Positions 13,701-25,930 of a stretch of 64,000 nucleotides of DNA are shown here, in pieces. The DNA is from Bugula neritina. Taxonomy: Eukaryota > Animalia > Bryozoa. The DNA lies in assembly GCA_964035545.1 (NCBI GenBank), contig OZ037765.1, forward strand, positions 33,417,504-33,481,503. The letters run 5' to 3'. The position numbers were made by a program, and so were the translations under genes. Every line of letters starts with the position of its first letter. Position 1 is the first letter of the stretch. The notes under the pieces are model-generated. The model saw nothing but the letters and a program-made list of their open reading frames with translations. It had not been told where the DNA came from and searched no databases.

Positions 13701-16193
13701 ATAAAAACTACATAGTGATTATATTGTTTCAGAAATATAGAAATTTATCGACTCTTATATGAGAATTATTGCGTGTTGATTACTGCCTACGTTACATAGT
13801 TTCTGGTGCACTTTAGCTATGCAGTATTCAGATACCTAGAAATATATCTTAGCTATCATCTACAGACTGTTTAAAGGCTCCATGTTCAAACTATTTTGTT
13901 TTATAACACATTTTGTGCAAAATCGGCTTGAATTAATTTAGAACATCTGATAGCTTGTTAATTTAACTTTTAAGTAGCCAATAGTGCTAACTTCCATTGC
14001 ATGCTATCCTTAGCTGCTGCAGCACACAGCTTAGTCATTGAGCTGGCCTGGCAGTGACGAACTTTGAACTTTGAACTTTGAACTTTCAAGCCAGCTCAGC
14101 AATGTTAAAATATATATAAATATTTTAATGCTGCATAAATGAAGTGTGTCAGGGATTCTATATAGGTTTTGTGATGTACATACCAGAAGGTTTATTCAAA
14201 AGCTAATAAAGCTTGTCTAATGTGAAATGGTTCATGAAGAAAATGAAATTAATGGTGATGAAAAGCAGATTAAAGTGACAATGTCTTTACCATGGAATTT
14301 CTGCATGTGACATTTATGTATTTAATATGAATGAACATTTACATATTTCGTGGAATTTGCTACCATTAGAATTTCTGCTAGTCTCTTAAAGAAATGCGAT
14401 GGCTTACATACTAGCTTTAAACCACTCATATCAGAGTACCAGTTTGAAAAACATCTGATTATTTAGAGATTTTTAAACAGAATAAAATGGAAGTACAAAA
14501 AGACAATACTAATTATACTAGAACTCTTAGTGATGAAGCTATTTAACATACCTATACTTTAAACTGAAGACTCTACTTATTTTTTCAGTTAGTTTTACAA
14601 CTGCTATTTTACATCACGAACCTTTAGATTTTCTATTTAGTTTAGAAACATACTGACTACAAATACTAAATGACAAAATGCTTTTTAGAGCTTGGAGATA
14701 GCCGAAAAAGCTCTATATAGTTTACATCTTATATATATGCATATTTTAGCTGCTTTAAGTGGCATTTATACCTTCCTTGAAACGGTACCTCAAATATACA
14801 GTTCTTTTGAAAATAGATACAGTATTGACAACTCAATTGCGTTCAAATGATAATGAAGCCACAACTATAATAGAAATGCACTATCTAAAGCTTTTACTTG
14901 AATTATGCCATTTGAATAAGTTATTAAAAAGGTTTATTGTTGTTATATAAGAATCTACGACATTTCGAAAATGACAATTGGAAAACACCTATTTGGAAAA
15001 TAGACAATTAGAAAATGACATTTAGAAAATGACAAATATTTAACATGACCTAGTCTAGAGGGAGCATTTAGTATCTGGTCGGGCTCAAAAAGCTTTTTGT
15101 GAATGTGAAAAATTTAAAACTAGAACTACCCGGTAACTAATTCTCCTTCCATGATAGCCTTACTGATTTGGGCAGTATATTTATTTTTAAAAGCTATTTT
15201 GGAATTGACCAGGTGCCGGACAACCCCTCAGGACCAGACCATGTTGAATATTTTTCATTTTCTAAATGCCATTTTCCAAACGTCTTTTTTCCAATTGTCC
15301 ATTTTCTAAATAGGTGTTTTCCAATTGTCATTTTCGAAATGTCACCGTTATATGACACTACTAGCTAACAAACTTGACCGGCCTGTTACTGTATAGGGTA
15401 TAGGCCTATTGAAAATGTGCTGATAAAACCATCATAAGATAATTTTAAAAAGTATCTTTTAAAATGCAAGAGAAGTCAGTGAAGTTGTCCACTTACCCAA
15501 ATTTAGATTTTGACTGAATATGGTGAAGATGTAATAAATGCACCTTAAACTAAAGATCTTGCAACTGACAGTTGCTATTTGTAAATTACTTCACACTACA
15601 GTAAAAAACTCACACAAGTTTATAGTCGATATCCCTGTGAGAAACCCCTGATAGAAAGGGTTTTTGTTCGAACGGGCTAAGGACATGTTCAAATGAGGCA
15701 CAGAAGCAATTATGACTTGATGCTCTTCCTAACATCACCAATGGCCTTTGCCGGGGTTTGAACCCACAACTTCGTGTTCACAAAGCTAACGCTCTAAGCC
15801 TCTAAACCCTAGACCACGGCTGCTCCCTACTTTACACTACAGTAACAATCTTTAGAAATAGTCACCAAGTTAGTCATCAAAATGGCTTTTTACAATAGCT
15901 AGTAGAATACAATGACACTTTTACCCACCATTTTTAATTTTTGCTAGTATTTTAATTTCTAATGACAGCATGAACATAAAATAATAGATACAATAACTAA
16001 CACAATGAAATTTATTCATATTACATTCAAACTGGCTGTTTGCTAAATTCACAAGATTTGTTTCTTATATGAACTATTAAATTACAACTAATAGAAACTG
16101 AAATAACAAACTTACAATAATAGGGGAATGTTCTGCTTCATCTCCCTTTAAGGTTAACTCTTTCATTTCATGATATCCATGATGGGAAGGCAT
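7092..16193 (-). CDS. MFS transporter, MFSD4/NaGLT1-like, paralog B (complete, ~539 aa)
   Basis: Exons in transcription order: 16193-16116 (TCAACATG; MPSHHGYHEMK...), 12828-12670, 11029-10884, 10473-10334, 9330-9132, 8619-8156, 8017-7820, 7327-7092 (TAG). All GT-AG and phase-consistent. Internal exon lengths 159/146/140/199/464/198 match paralog A; GPTLIDLRQIASLSI is shared. The start exon is the least certain part. Confidence 0.88.
7522..7777. repeat. (TG)n/(CA)n microsatellite, compound
   Basis: Long perfect and degenerate TG array in the last intron of paralog B; source of the HTHT ORFs. Confidence 0.97.
8785..9127. mobile_element. PIF/Harbinger-type MITE, 343 bp, TTA TSD
   Basis: TIRs of ~70 bp (GCCTAGGGCCACACTGTGCGTATTTTCGCATGCGAAAATT... 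/ ...AATTTTCGCATGCGAAAATACGCACCGTGTGGCCCTAGGC), flanked by TTA at 8782-8784 and 9128-9130. Confidence 0.9.
9418..9840. mobile_element. Foldback MITE (almost fully palindromic), 4-bp AAAT TSD, possibly Sola-type
   Basis: GGGTCATTTTACTTACTTTAGTGCACACTG... / ...CAGTGTGTACTAAAGTAAGTAAAATGACCC with ~200-bp arms; AAAT at 9414-9417 and 9841-9844; second copy at 54960-55354. Superfamily inferred only from GRG termini and the AWWT TSD. Confidence 0.88.
11974..12163. mobile_element. MITE with GGTAAAAATGGCACA-type iterated TIRs and a C-rich core (degenerate copy)
   Basis: GGTAAAAATAGCAC... / ...GTGCCAGTTTTACC; homologous to 23223-23474. Confidence 0.65.
13188..13232. repeat. (GTCT)n microsatellite
   Basis: Run of TGTC units with interruptions. 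Confidence 0.8.
14959..15343. mobile_element. MITE with ~90-bp TIRs made of ~13-15-bp tandem units
   Basis: GACATTTCGAAAATGACAATTGGAAAACACCTATTT... / ...AAATAGGTGTTTTCCAATTGTCATTTTCGAAATGTC. Confidence 0.82.
15605..15827 (-). mobile_element. tRNA-derived SINE, full length, 18-bp TSD
   Basis: Minus strand GGGAGCAGCCGTGGTCTAGGG (A box)...GGTTCAAACCC (B box). TSD TACTT(C/T)ACACTACAGTAA at 15587-15604 and 15828-15845. Homologous to 25716-25930. Confidence 0.88.
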
Positions 16194-16326
16194 GTTGAAA
16201 CTGGTCAGTTGCTACTGACAGTCACTAAGTCAACGATTCTGTAATATATTCACAGCTACGTTTACGGACGAGTGGAGATGGTATGGCTCAGCGCTTTTAT
16301 GGTATGCATACTCGGACCCTTGCTTA

Positions 16327-16409
16327 CTCCAGACTTATGTCTGCCAGGCTTTTTCTCTGCAAGCATAACTAGCATATTTTCACTCTTGTTTCAACTAGAT
16401 GTGGAAAGA
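16327..16409 (-). other. Putative non-coding 5'-UTR exon of MFS paralog B
   Basis: Strong acceptor (tcttgtttttctctaatttcctag) and donor (gtaagc), with an 88-nt intron to the acceptor at 16239-16240. Further candidate upstream donors near 19262 (gtgagt) and 19307 (gtaagt). Confidence 0.4.
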
Positions 16410-19400
16410 CTAGGAAATTAGAGAAAAACAAGATTGAAGAATAAACGGATTACGATGCTAAGGAAACCTATGTGTTTAAAATTTATGCTTCTGTTTCAAA
16501 TATTACATGTTTGACTAGACATAAAATACAGTTTGGTGTAAAACATTGTCTGTAGTCTGCATGTGGATCCACTTAGCACTGAGTCATACTTCCATTTACA
16601 ATAAATTTATTCTTTAAAGTAGAAATTAATTTATCTATCAAAGCTTATTTAAATGTGAGATAATTCAAGCCAAATTATGCTCACAAGGCTTTAGAGTTTA
16701 GAAGCTTAGGGTGTTGCATAATACTAAACGACTGAGTTTACAGGTATGTAGCTACGATGCTTAGTAGCAATAGTGAATTCTGGGTATAACTATTATAATA
16801 TAATAATTATATTTGTCTGAATTATCTTATTATACTCTCAAGATATTTCTAATATTTGACTATTGGTAATAAGGCCCTCTTAGTGTAGCCCTAATTATAA
16901 CATCTAAATGCATGGAAAGCTACAACTGTTGTATTATGACCTTGTTGTTATACTGGCTTTACGAGAAAAAGCTATGTAAAGTCTAAAGTCAGGTAAATAG
17001 CTAATGCTTTATGTACATATTGTTTGACTTGCTCCTTACCACTCTCATTATCATGTTCCATGCTCAATAAAGCTTATCCACTTGATACCAAAACCTTGTT
17101 GGGCCTCACACTTCACTATTTTTTGTTTGTAAAAACTGACTTAAAACATTTATGTTATTCACAATGATTTGGAGAGCTCATGTGTTTTAGTGTTGGAGTA
17201 ACAATTCTTGTTGTATAATAAAAGAAAATTAACTCAATTCTCATAACATCATTAGATTTATAGCAGACAATTTCAAAAAGACTTAAACATACAGCACATG
17301 TGCCTACATTGTACCTACCTTTTATTCTGAAGCTAAACATATAACGTATAGTTTGTGGTTGCTAGCACTAGCGTTAGTAATCTACCGTAGATAGATGATA
17401 GTCAAGTATATTATATTGTTAAGGGGTTATTGAAAGACTTTCTAAACCTTTTATTGAGGAATTTGAACTTCTGGGTTAAACAATACAGATAATATCTTCA
17501 TTCTTAGCTATATGATTTTTCGTCATACACAGAGTCAAATCTTGGGAAGATAAAGTTAACATTTTCATTTAATCTCTTATAATAAGATTAGAATTGGCAA
17601 TTTTACTGAATTTTTAGTAGTTTTTGTCTGTCTGTCAACTTGAAATGGTGTCCTCAATTTTCAGCCATTTATCTTTTATATAAGTAGTCAATTATGAGCC
17701 TTCTATTCATGCTTTAATTGATGCTTCTATAGTATTTAACTATAATATGACAAAACTTGACATAGAATTAGCATAAAATTCTTATTCACCACTCAACCGT
17801 AACACACCACAGATTGCACAATGATTTAAAAATAATATTAATGCAATCTTTAGCTGCAAATTTTTTTTCTTGATTTGAGTATTAATAATTCTTGAATATA
17901 TTTAGTATTCATGCACTTTTTTTTTCATTTTTAAGAAAAAGGATAACATATCAGCCTCAGCTGCTACTTGCTAATCTTGTTTCTCCTATAATAATGAGCT
18001 TTTTTTAATCTCAGTAATCTCAATACTTTTTTGTCTAAACTAAACCAACAAAACACTGTTATACTGATAAATATTTAAATGGTAGTACAAAGCTAGCATT
18101 TCAATAAATTATCCAACTGTTTTCTAGCAAAGTATAGAAAAACTAAATGTGAAAGCTTTACTGAACTTGGATGGTTTAATTAGCAGAGAAATGCCAATCA
18201 ATAAGTTGTGCGGTCTCACCTCTAAGCAGTCAAAATGTTACCAGGATTTAAATATACCTTGGTCAATAATTCATTATATATGTCAAATATTGACTCACCT
18301 AAAAGAATGTAATTAATTGTGTGTTGGTAAACTGGGACACATCAAACATATTTGATACTTTAAAGCTCTGACTAAAATGTGTTTTGCAGTTTGTCTAAAA
18401 ACAAGGAGCTTTGGAGCTAAGAGTTGAGGTCTACAACGACTGCCAGCATGAGTAAAATGGGTGAAATGTATGCTGTAATATTTCACAGTTTGGTACTAAG
18501 ACCGTTAGATTTTTGGATTGCTACCAAATAAAGAGATACTAGTTAACTAGAGTTGAATGGCTTTGATATTTTAAGTATGGCATGATTGCATATTTGTAAG
18601 ACAAATACACCCTTAGAGAAATATTATAGTTGAATATACTTGTATTAGTAATAGAGCTATAGACTTTCTACCAGCACAATCTAAACACTAGACTGGCTCA
18701 TCACAAACCTTCCCTTAAACATGGCTCAAAATCTTGAGTCATTTAGGTTTAGTAGGAAAGAGATTTCAATAGCTGAAGTTGCTAAGTTTATTTAAATAAA
18801 CTTTGATTTAATACAATGGCGAAGTTTATTTTGCTGCATTTGCTGCATCTACCTCCTTGAGTTAAAGATAGACGTGTGTGAATTGCATAAAATAAATCTA
18901 CTACCAAAGCCTGATCAAATCTCAAAACATTTACATATAACTTTAGAAATAAACTTCATACTATCAGATTCGGGCTTCACTCAAGGGTTTTTATTTTAAT
19001 TTTATGACTGAAAGTTTGACCTTTTCATAAAAATTCCAAAAAAGCTTCTTATATAAACTTTAAACCAGACTAGCTCATAACACTATATATCGCATGATTA
19101 ATGATAGTCTTCAAGTTATTTAACGTTTAAGCCAACATACAGTAATTATAATATTCCCACTATCATTATTATTATTATTATAAATATATTTACTAATTTA
19201 TAATATATATTCTAGATACTACTGTAGTCTGTATAGATTACAGAGCAGCTATAGTGACTCACCTGTTCGCTTGCTGGTGCGGCGAAAGACCCCAGAGAGA
19301 AACTTACCGTCTACCAAAATACTAGGGAGACAGTTGGAACTGGATGTGCCAGCCAGTCTTGTCATCTGAATAGTATGATGTAATAAACAGCTCATAGGAT

Positions 19401-19543
19401 TACGTAATGTTGGTTTTAGTATTTGCTATGACTTTTAAGAGAAGAGAATAACCATTAGAGGTACTAACTGATTAAACCACAAAGCAGTATTACATGACCC
19501 TTTATTATCTATAAACTTTGGTATATTGTCTGGATTACGTAAT

Positions 19544-22500
19544 AGACCATGTAAAACTCAGCCAATCAGCGAAGTGTACCAGGTCAATGTCTTAGCATTG
19601 TAACTGATATAAAATTCTGCAAGTTCAATTGCAAAATGCATGCTTCTAAAAGCTAGTTGTGCAACTTTTTTTTCATGCATTATTTAATTTCATATCTTAA
19701 ATTGATGACTCTTGAAATGATTTTTTAAAATGTCTAAATTAAGTGTTTATAAAACGCAATTAAAAATTGCATGTCTAGAAAAATGACCTGGTACACTTTT
19801 GCAACTTAAGGCCAATTATTACATAACTGCCAGCTTAGTAGTTATTTGTTGTTGCAGCTTGAATGGGTTATTGTTTAGCATTGGAAGCTTGCAGTAAACA
19901 TCTGTGAATCTGGTACATGACTTCGATTGGCTGGTTTTTGAATGGCCCTTTAGTATATGCATCTGGATGGCTGGGTAGTGTAGACTCCGCCTACATCTAC
20001 CTAATGTACAGTAGCCAATCCACAGTAGTATTACAAAATTTCTGTTCAACAAATGAAATATTCTGGTCATTTGTTTTGTACTTTACAATAGTAAATATTC
20101 TATTCAACTAGAATTTTATTGTATGTAAGCCATGGGAACTACTAAGAGGTTAAATCAACCACCCATGCTGGTAATATTGTTGCTGGCAGTAATAGCAAGT
20201 TCACACCGTATAAATATACACATAAGCTATTATGTGCAGCTTATGAATGCTGAAATGACCCCATTTCTTACTTTCAATTTGAAAAAATTGTATTACATAT
20301 TCTGCCACTTCTGCACCAAGAATTTGTTTTCCTTTTAAATTTTGAAAATAGTAGTCAGTTTCTATAGCAGTCAACATCCACAACGTAAGCTTTCAAATAA
20401 ACTATAAATATATGGTAGCATATTGGCTTTGAAAGCTCAGAGGGATGATCAGCTTCTCTCTTGTTGGAAAAACTATTAGATTGTTCAGTTCGCTTGCTAA
20501 AATATCTAATGTGTTTTTGAAGGTTTTGCTTGGTAGCAATCTAGAGATATAAAAAAGGCCAGCAAGTATTTGAACCTGTAAACCTTGACGCAGCTTCATC
20601 AAAGCCAATAAAAGTTTATCTTGTCTTGTTAACTTTTTTCTGAGAGTGAGAACTTTCATCTTCAGACATATAAATTTAAATATAGAAAATGAAGAATAAA
20701 AATTAAATTATGATTCAAATTATAATGTATATGTGCTAAATAAATTTTGTGCTTAGTTTGTATTCATTCAGCAGTTTTTACCCTCTGGTAAGTAGCTTCA
20801 GTTATATTTTGCAACAACTATGAAGTTCAAGAACTGCTAGCTGAAGGCTTGACCCAATATATCACCATCCAAACAGAATGTAATGTGTGTCAACATGTGT
20901 TACATAATACTGTAACAGTACATGGTAAGCTAGTTGTATGAATACATGCTTTGAATGAAGTCATGAGTTTAAACAAATAGTGTTGACAAACAATTATTAC
21001 TTCATTTTATAATTATACTATAACTAATTCAAACCCATATTATTTCTAGAATAGCATTTAATAATGTTTGTGAATAAGTGAAACTAGTAACAAGTGTAAA
21101 CCATTTTAGTTTTAAACACTGAGTTAGTTTCAGCTAAAAATTAGATTAGGAGGCCACTTTTGATAAGCTTTAAAATAACCAAGGAAAATTTAAGTCAAAA
21201 CAATTTATTTTTCCTGGAGAAAGTGAGTCAATTTGTCCACAAATAAAAGACTGCTGCTTGTTTAAATAAAACCCTAAACTAAATAAGTCAAAGCATACAG
21301 ATGACCACTGTGGTATTTATGAATATCTTACATAAAACAACATCTTTAATAAAAAATGTATGAATGATGCACTCACACTGCAACAAATTTAATTAAAATG
21401 ACAGTTTTAATACACATCAAATTTAATCAATGTACAAATTTTAGCATAGTGAGACTTGCATTGTTTATTTGTAATAAACCATAGTCTATCTTTGCAATAA
21501 GAAAGTTATAATTTTCACCTTGCTAAGAAATAGTATAGAGAACGTGTAGGTATTCCAGTATAGAATTTAGTTTGCTCATCTGTAGTGGTGAAAGTTTTAA
21601 AAACTTTTACTTTTTCAATAGTTGCTTTTTGTTTCAACGTGGAACTTTTTGAGCCTTTTCTTCCAACTTTTGATTTTCGTCTATCAATAGAATGTGCAGA
21701 TCTTTTTTCTGAGTAGTTGATGATTCTGGTAACTCAGTTACTTCTGATGAAGTCTGACTATGAGGATGGCTGTCAGATGAGTTCTGTTGCTCTATATCAG
21801 CTGACTCTGTTGAAGACGTTTTCTGTTCGCTTCTTTCACATGTTTCATTAAAACCACTGTTTTTGTGCATCTTACATTATATGCTTTAGTGCATTGGTAA
21901 CTCAAATGAAAGGTTGGAGTTGGATTTTGCTCAGTGGACTGACCATCCTTATGATTATGATAGTCTGCTATGCTCTCTGTAATCTACAGCCACCATTGGT
22001 GACTGATGAAATTTAGAATTTGAAGTTAAAATGTGTTATTTTTACCTGTGCCATTTTATAGAAATCTATATCTAGCTTTTATATAATATTCTTGTAATTT
22101 TTCATCATAGCAAGAACTAAATTACATTGTTTCCACACTAATATTTCATAAATTTATAGTTTATTTGAAAGCTTACCTTGTTTATTGTGGATGCAGTTGA
22201 CTGCTGCAGAAACTGACTACTATTTTCAAAATTTAAAAGGAAAACAAATTCTTGGTGCAGAAGTGGCAGAATATGTAATACAATTTTTTTCAAATTGAAA
22301 GTAAGAAATGGGGTCATTTCAGCATTCATAAGCTGCACATAATAGCTTATGTGTATATTTATACGGTGTGAACTTGCTATTACTGCCAGCAACAATATTA
22401 CCAGCATGGGTGGTTGATTTAACCTCTTAGTAGTTCCCATGGCTTACATACAATAAAATTCTAGTTGAATAGAATATTTACTATTGTAAAGTACAAAACA

Positions 22501-23028
22501 AATGACCAGAATATTTCATTTGTTGAACAGAAATTTTGTAATACTACTGTGGATTGGCTACTGTACATTAGGTAGATGTAGGCGGAGTCTACACTACCCA
22601 GCCATCCAGATGCATATACTAAAGGGCCATTCAAAAACCAGCCAATCGAAGTCATGTACCAGATTCACAGATGTTTACTGCAAGCTTCCAATGCTAAACA
22701 ATAACCCATTCAAGCTGCAACAACAAATAACTACTAAGCTGGCAGTTATGTAATAATTGGCCTTAAGTTGCAAAAGTGTACCAGGTCATTTTTCTAGACA
22801 TGCAATTTTTAATTGCGTTTTATAAACACTTAATTTAGACATTTTAAAAAATCATTTCAAGAGTCATCAATTTAAGATATGAAATTAAATAATGCATGAA
22901 AAAAAAGTTGCACAACTAGCTTTTAGAAGCATGCATTTTGCAATTGAACTTGCAGAATTTTATATCAGTTACAATGCTAAGACATTGACCTGGTACACTT
23001 CGCTGATTGGCTGAGTTTTACATGGTCT
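19544..23028 (-). mobile_element. ISL2EU/PIF-Harbinger-like transposon derivative, foldback with ~865-bp inverted arms and decayed transposase
   Basis: Ends AAT|AGACCATG...CATGGTCT|ATT (AT TSD pattern). Arms 19544-~20409 and ~22152-23028; mirrored identical ORFs have coordinate sum 42572. Minus-strand remnants: THAP-like end (HKDGQSTEQNPTPTF, ~21905-21950), FYTGIP (~21550-21570), HTH LTRQDKLLLALMKLRQGL...LIVFPTRE (20402-20659). Confidence 0.88.
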
Positions 23029-23222
23029 ATTGGGATAGACTAAAGTCTATTGTGCTCTGTGTGTAACTGCCTGCATATAGCTAAACTCTGCTAAGCTGTA
23101 TCATACTTTATATAAAATTATTGCACTCGAATCGAATTTTTGTAGATTGATTTTCCTTACAAACTGCTTATATATAATTGTATGCTAAGCTGCTATTATA
23201 TACTACATAATATAATTTTCAT

Positions 23223-23474
23223 GATCTTAGGTAAAAATGGTAAAGGTAATAATGACACATGTAATAATGGCACAAATAGAACAGTAGGCAAAAATGGCAC
23301 AATTATGTTAAATTTTTCCAACCCCCCCTAACCCCAAACCCCCACCCGAAACCCAAGCCCCCAACCCTTAAACCTAAACTCCAAACCTAAACTTTAATAT
23401 TGAACATTAATATGCCATTTTGACCTACTTTGCCGTTTGGGCAATTATTACCTGTGCCATTTTTACTGAACATC
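23223..23474. mobile_element. MITE with iterated TIR units and a central degenerate (CCCTAA)-like array
   Basis: GGTAAAAATGG...GTAATAATGGCACA / TGTGCCATTTTTAC arms around CCCCTAACCCCAAACCC...AAACCTAAAC; related to 11974-12163. Confidence 0.75.
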
Positions 23475-23764
23475 AACTTTCATATTTTGCATAATATAAT
23501 GGGTTCCGCTAAATATTTTTATTTTATTCTCCAAGCTGTTAAATTGCTAACTCCCGGGCTGGTTATTTTATAGGGCAATGTCAATTAATTATGTAGTTTA
23601 CTGAACGCATAATTGATTATACTTCAATATCAAAAGACACCTTGTAATTTATAGCATAATATATTTTAATCACATCAATTTACAGACACTCACTATTTTT
23701 AAAGATTTATTGAGGCTGAAGTTAAAAACATGTTTTGATATAATAACCAGGTTTTCTATGAGTA

Positions 23765-25089
23765 GGGGTAACGGGAGGGGGGGGCACAACGGGTCGAATT
23801 TTGCATTTGTTGCTCTCATTCGTCTGTTTTTTAAGTTACTAGTTCAATAATATCTAGTCTTAATGCTACATCTGTTGTCTATTATTATACAGGTACCAGT
23901 TTGTTGTTTCTATCTCTTTCACAACTTTCAGAATAATGAAATTTTCATGACGAAAAAATTGGCCTATTGTGCCCCGGGGTACAATGGGCCACTGGGTGGG
24001 ACACAACAAATATATTGAAATTTTGCGTATTTTGTTATATCTGATCTTTATTTATTTAATAATACAAATAGATAAAGACACTCTTTCAGATCTATAACAG
24101 CAAAATTCATGATTTAGCTGTACAGTTTGTGCCACTACGGATAGCAGAGGAAAGCAAAATCAAACGCACGTCACTCAGTTTTGCAGTGCCATTATCATTA
24201 CTGTTTAAAACTAAAAAAAAATTTTATTTACATTTCAGAGGAACTTTTATCAGAAAAAAAAATAGTAACATGTACTACAAAATTTTGAGTGGACTTTTTT
24301 CAATGAACTGTAGCTAAGGGGCATGGCTGAGGTTTGTGACTGGAGTACAGAAGGGAGAGGGTGGGGAGAGCAAATGAGGAAATCACAATTAATTTCAGTC
24401 TAATACATGTATATTCCCTCAATGGTGTAATATATAATGATTATCATGACTATCTACTAGTAGCAACAGCAGAGTGTTTTGTATTATGTATAAAATGGCA
24501 AAGCTTTAACCTCACCAGATGTATGTATTAGGGGAGCTTCAACTTGTAGTTTTGTAGTCTTACCATGATGTCTTTGATATTTTACAAAAAGGTCAGATAT
24601 GGCTATATTTATAGATTTTAGTAACAGTTCAACCAACTTTTTAGGCAAACAAACTAATAACAGTGATCAGGGTGCAATAATCAGGTGGCCCATTGTGCCC
24701 CGGTCAGCGTGGCCCATTGTGCCCCGTGTGGCCAAATTGAAAATAAATGTGCCTCAAGGAAAATTTATTTCAGTGTTTGCTGTTATACTAGTTAAGCATT
24801 GTAGAGACAAGCAATGGCAAAAATATTAGTAAAATCTAGGCTTCTTGCCTTTGAGTGTAATAAGTTATAAGGCTTCAACAACATCTTGAAAAATTTACAA
24901 AAAAGTAGGTAAAAACAGTTTTTTACTCGCCTTTTCAACACGTATGTTCCGCAAGTGTTGAAACTACAAAGGCTGAATAATTATGTCAATATATTTTTCC
25001 AAAAAATAAATCACAACTCTAAGTCAATAAGTTCTCTCACAATTTGGCCGGCCTTTTGTACCCCTATGACCGTTGTGCCCCGTTACCCC
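23765..25089. mobile_element. Non-autonomous Tc1/mariner-superfamily-like element, TA TSD
   Basis: TA|GGGGTAACGGG...GGGGCACAACGG and CCGTTGTGCCCCGTTACCCC|TA; internal repeats of GGCCCATTGTGCCCC near 23961, 24687 and 24711; no transposase ORF. Confidence 0.8.
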
Positions 25090-25715
25090 TATAGTAGGTG
25101 AGGCAGTGAGAAGGATACGACCCAGTAATAAATGAGTTGAGCATTGTTGAAACTGAGGCTTTTCTAAAAGCAAATCACGGCAGCATGGCTTACAGAGTGA
25201 TAACTGACAGCTTTCAAACACTTTTAGGTGCATTAGTATGGGAACATTTCAAAAGCCTATAAGTTTTTTAACTTTCTTTATAGATTTATTTCGAAGTGAG
25301 GATAAAAGAAAACGTGCTTTTAAGATTACATGTTTTTTGCAGTTTCTCCATTACTGCATCTGCTAGTGGTAGGCAGAAGATTCTGATTGATGCCCATAGT
25401 TCACTCAGGTCGTAATCTCACGAGTGAGCAGACGACTCCATGTTCTGAGTGCAAGTGCACTTAGTCACATACCTGAGGGTACATCAGTGCTGCTTACAGA
25501 ACCTGATGCTTTCAGCTTTGTGTGGAATGGCATCTGGTTATGTTCTAAAATAATTGTTCATATTATGAAACATAACACCAAGTAAATTTGCTGGCATAGT
25601 GTTTATACATCACATTAAAAGAAAAAAATAGAAAGATTTTCCACAAACATTGAAAAGCTGTTTAGTGCTATAGTATAGTATTTATAAGAACGTAATTACT
25701 CAGTTTATTCTATAA

Positions 25716-25930
25716 AAAAAATCATGCAAGTTTATAGTCACCATCCCTGCGAGAAAACCCCTGATAAAAAGGTTTTTGTTGAATTGAGCTAAAAACTTAT
25801 TCAAATGAGGCAGGGAGCAATTATGACTGGATGCTCTTACTAACATCACCAATGGCCTTTGCCAGGGCTCAAACCCATGACCTCATGTTTACTAGACACA
25901 CGCTCTAACCCCTAGACCACAGCTGCTCCC
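25716..25930 (-). mobile_element. tRNA-derived SINE, second full copy, ~20-bp TSD
   Basis: Same head (GGGAGCAGCTGTGGTCTAGGGG) and body as 15605-15827; TSD T(T/C)ACT(C/T)AGTTTATTCTATAA at 25696-25715 and 25931-25950. Confidence 0.88.

Noticed and set aside
19819-22753. Pairs of identical small ORFs on opposite strands suggesting duplicated peptide genes
   Set aside because: By-product of the inverted arms of the foldback element.
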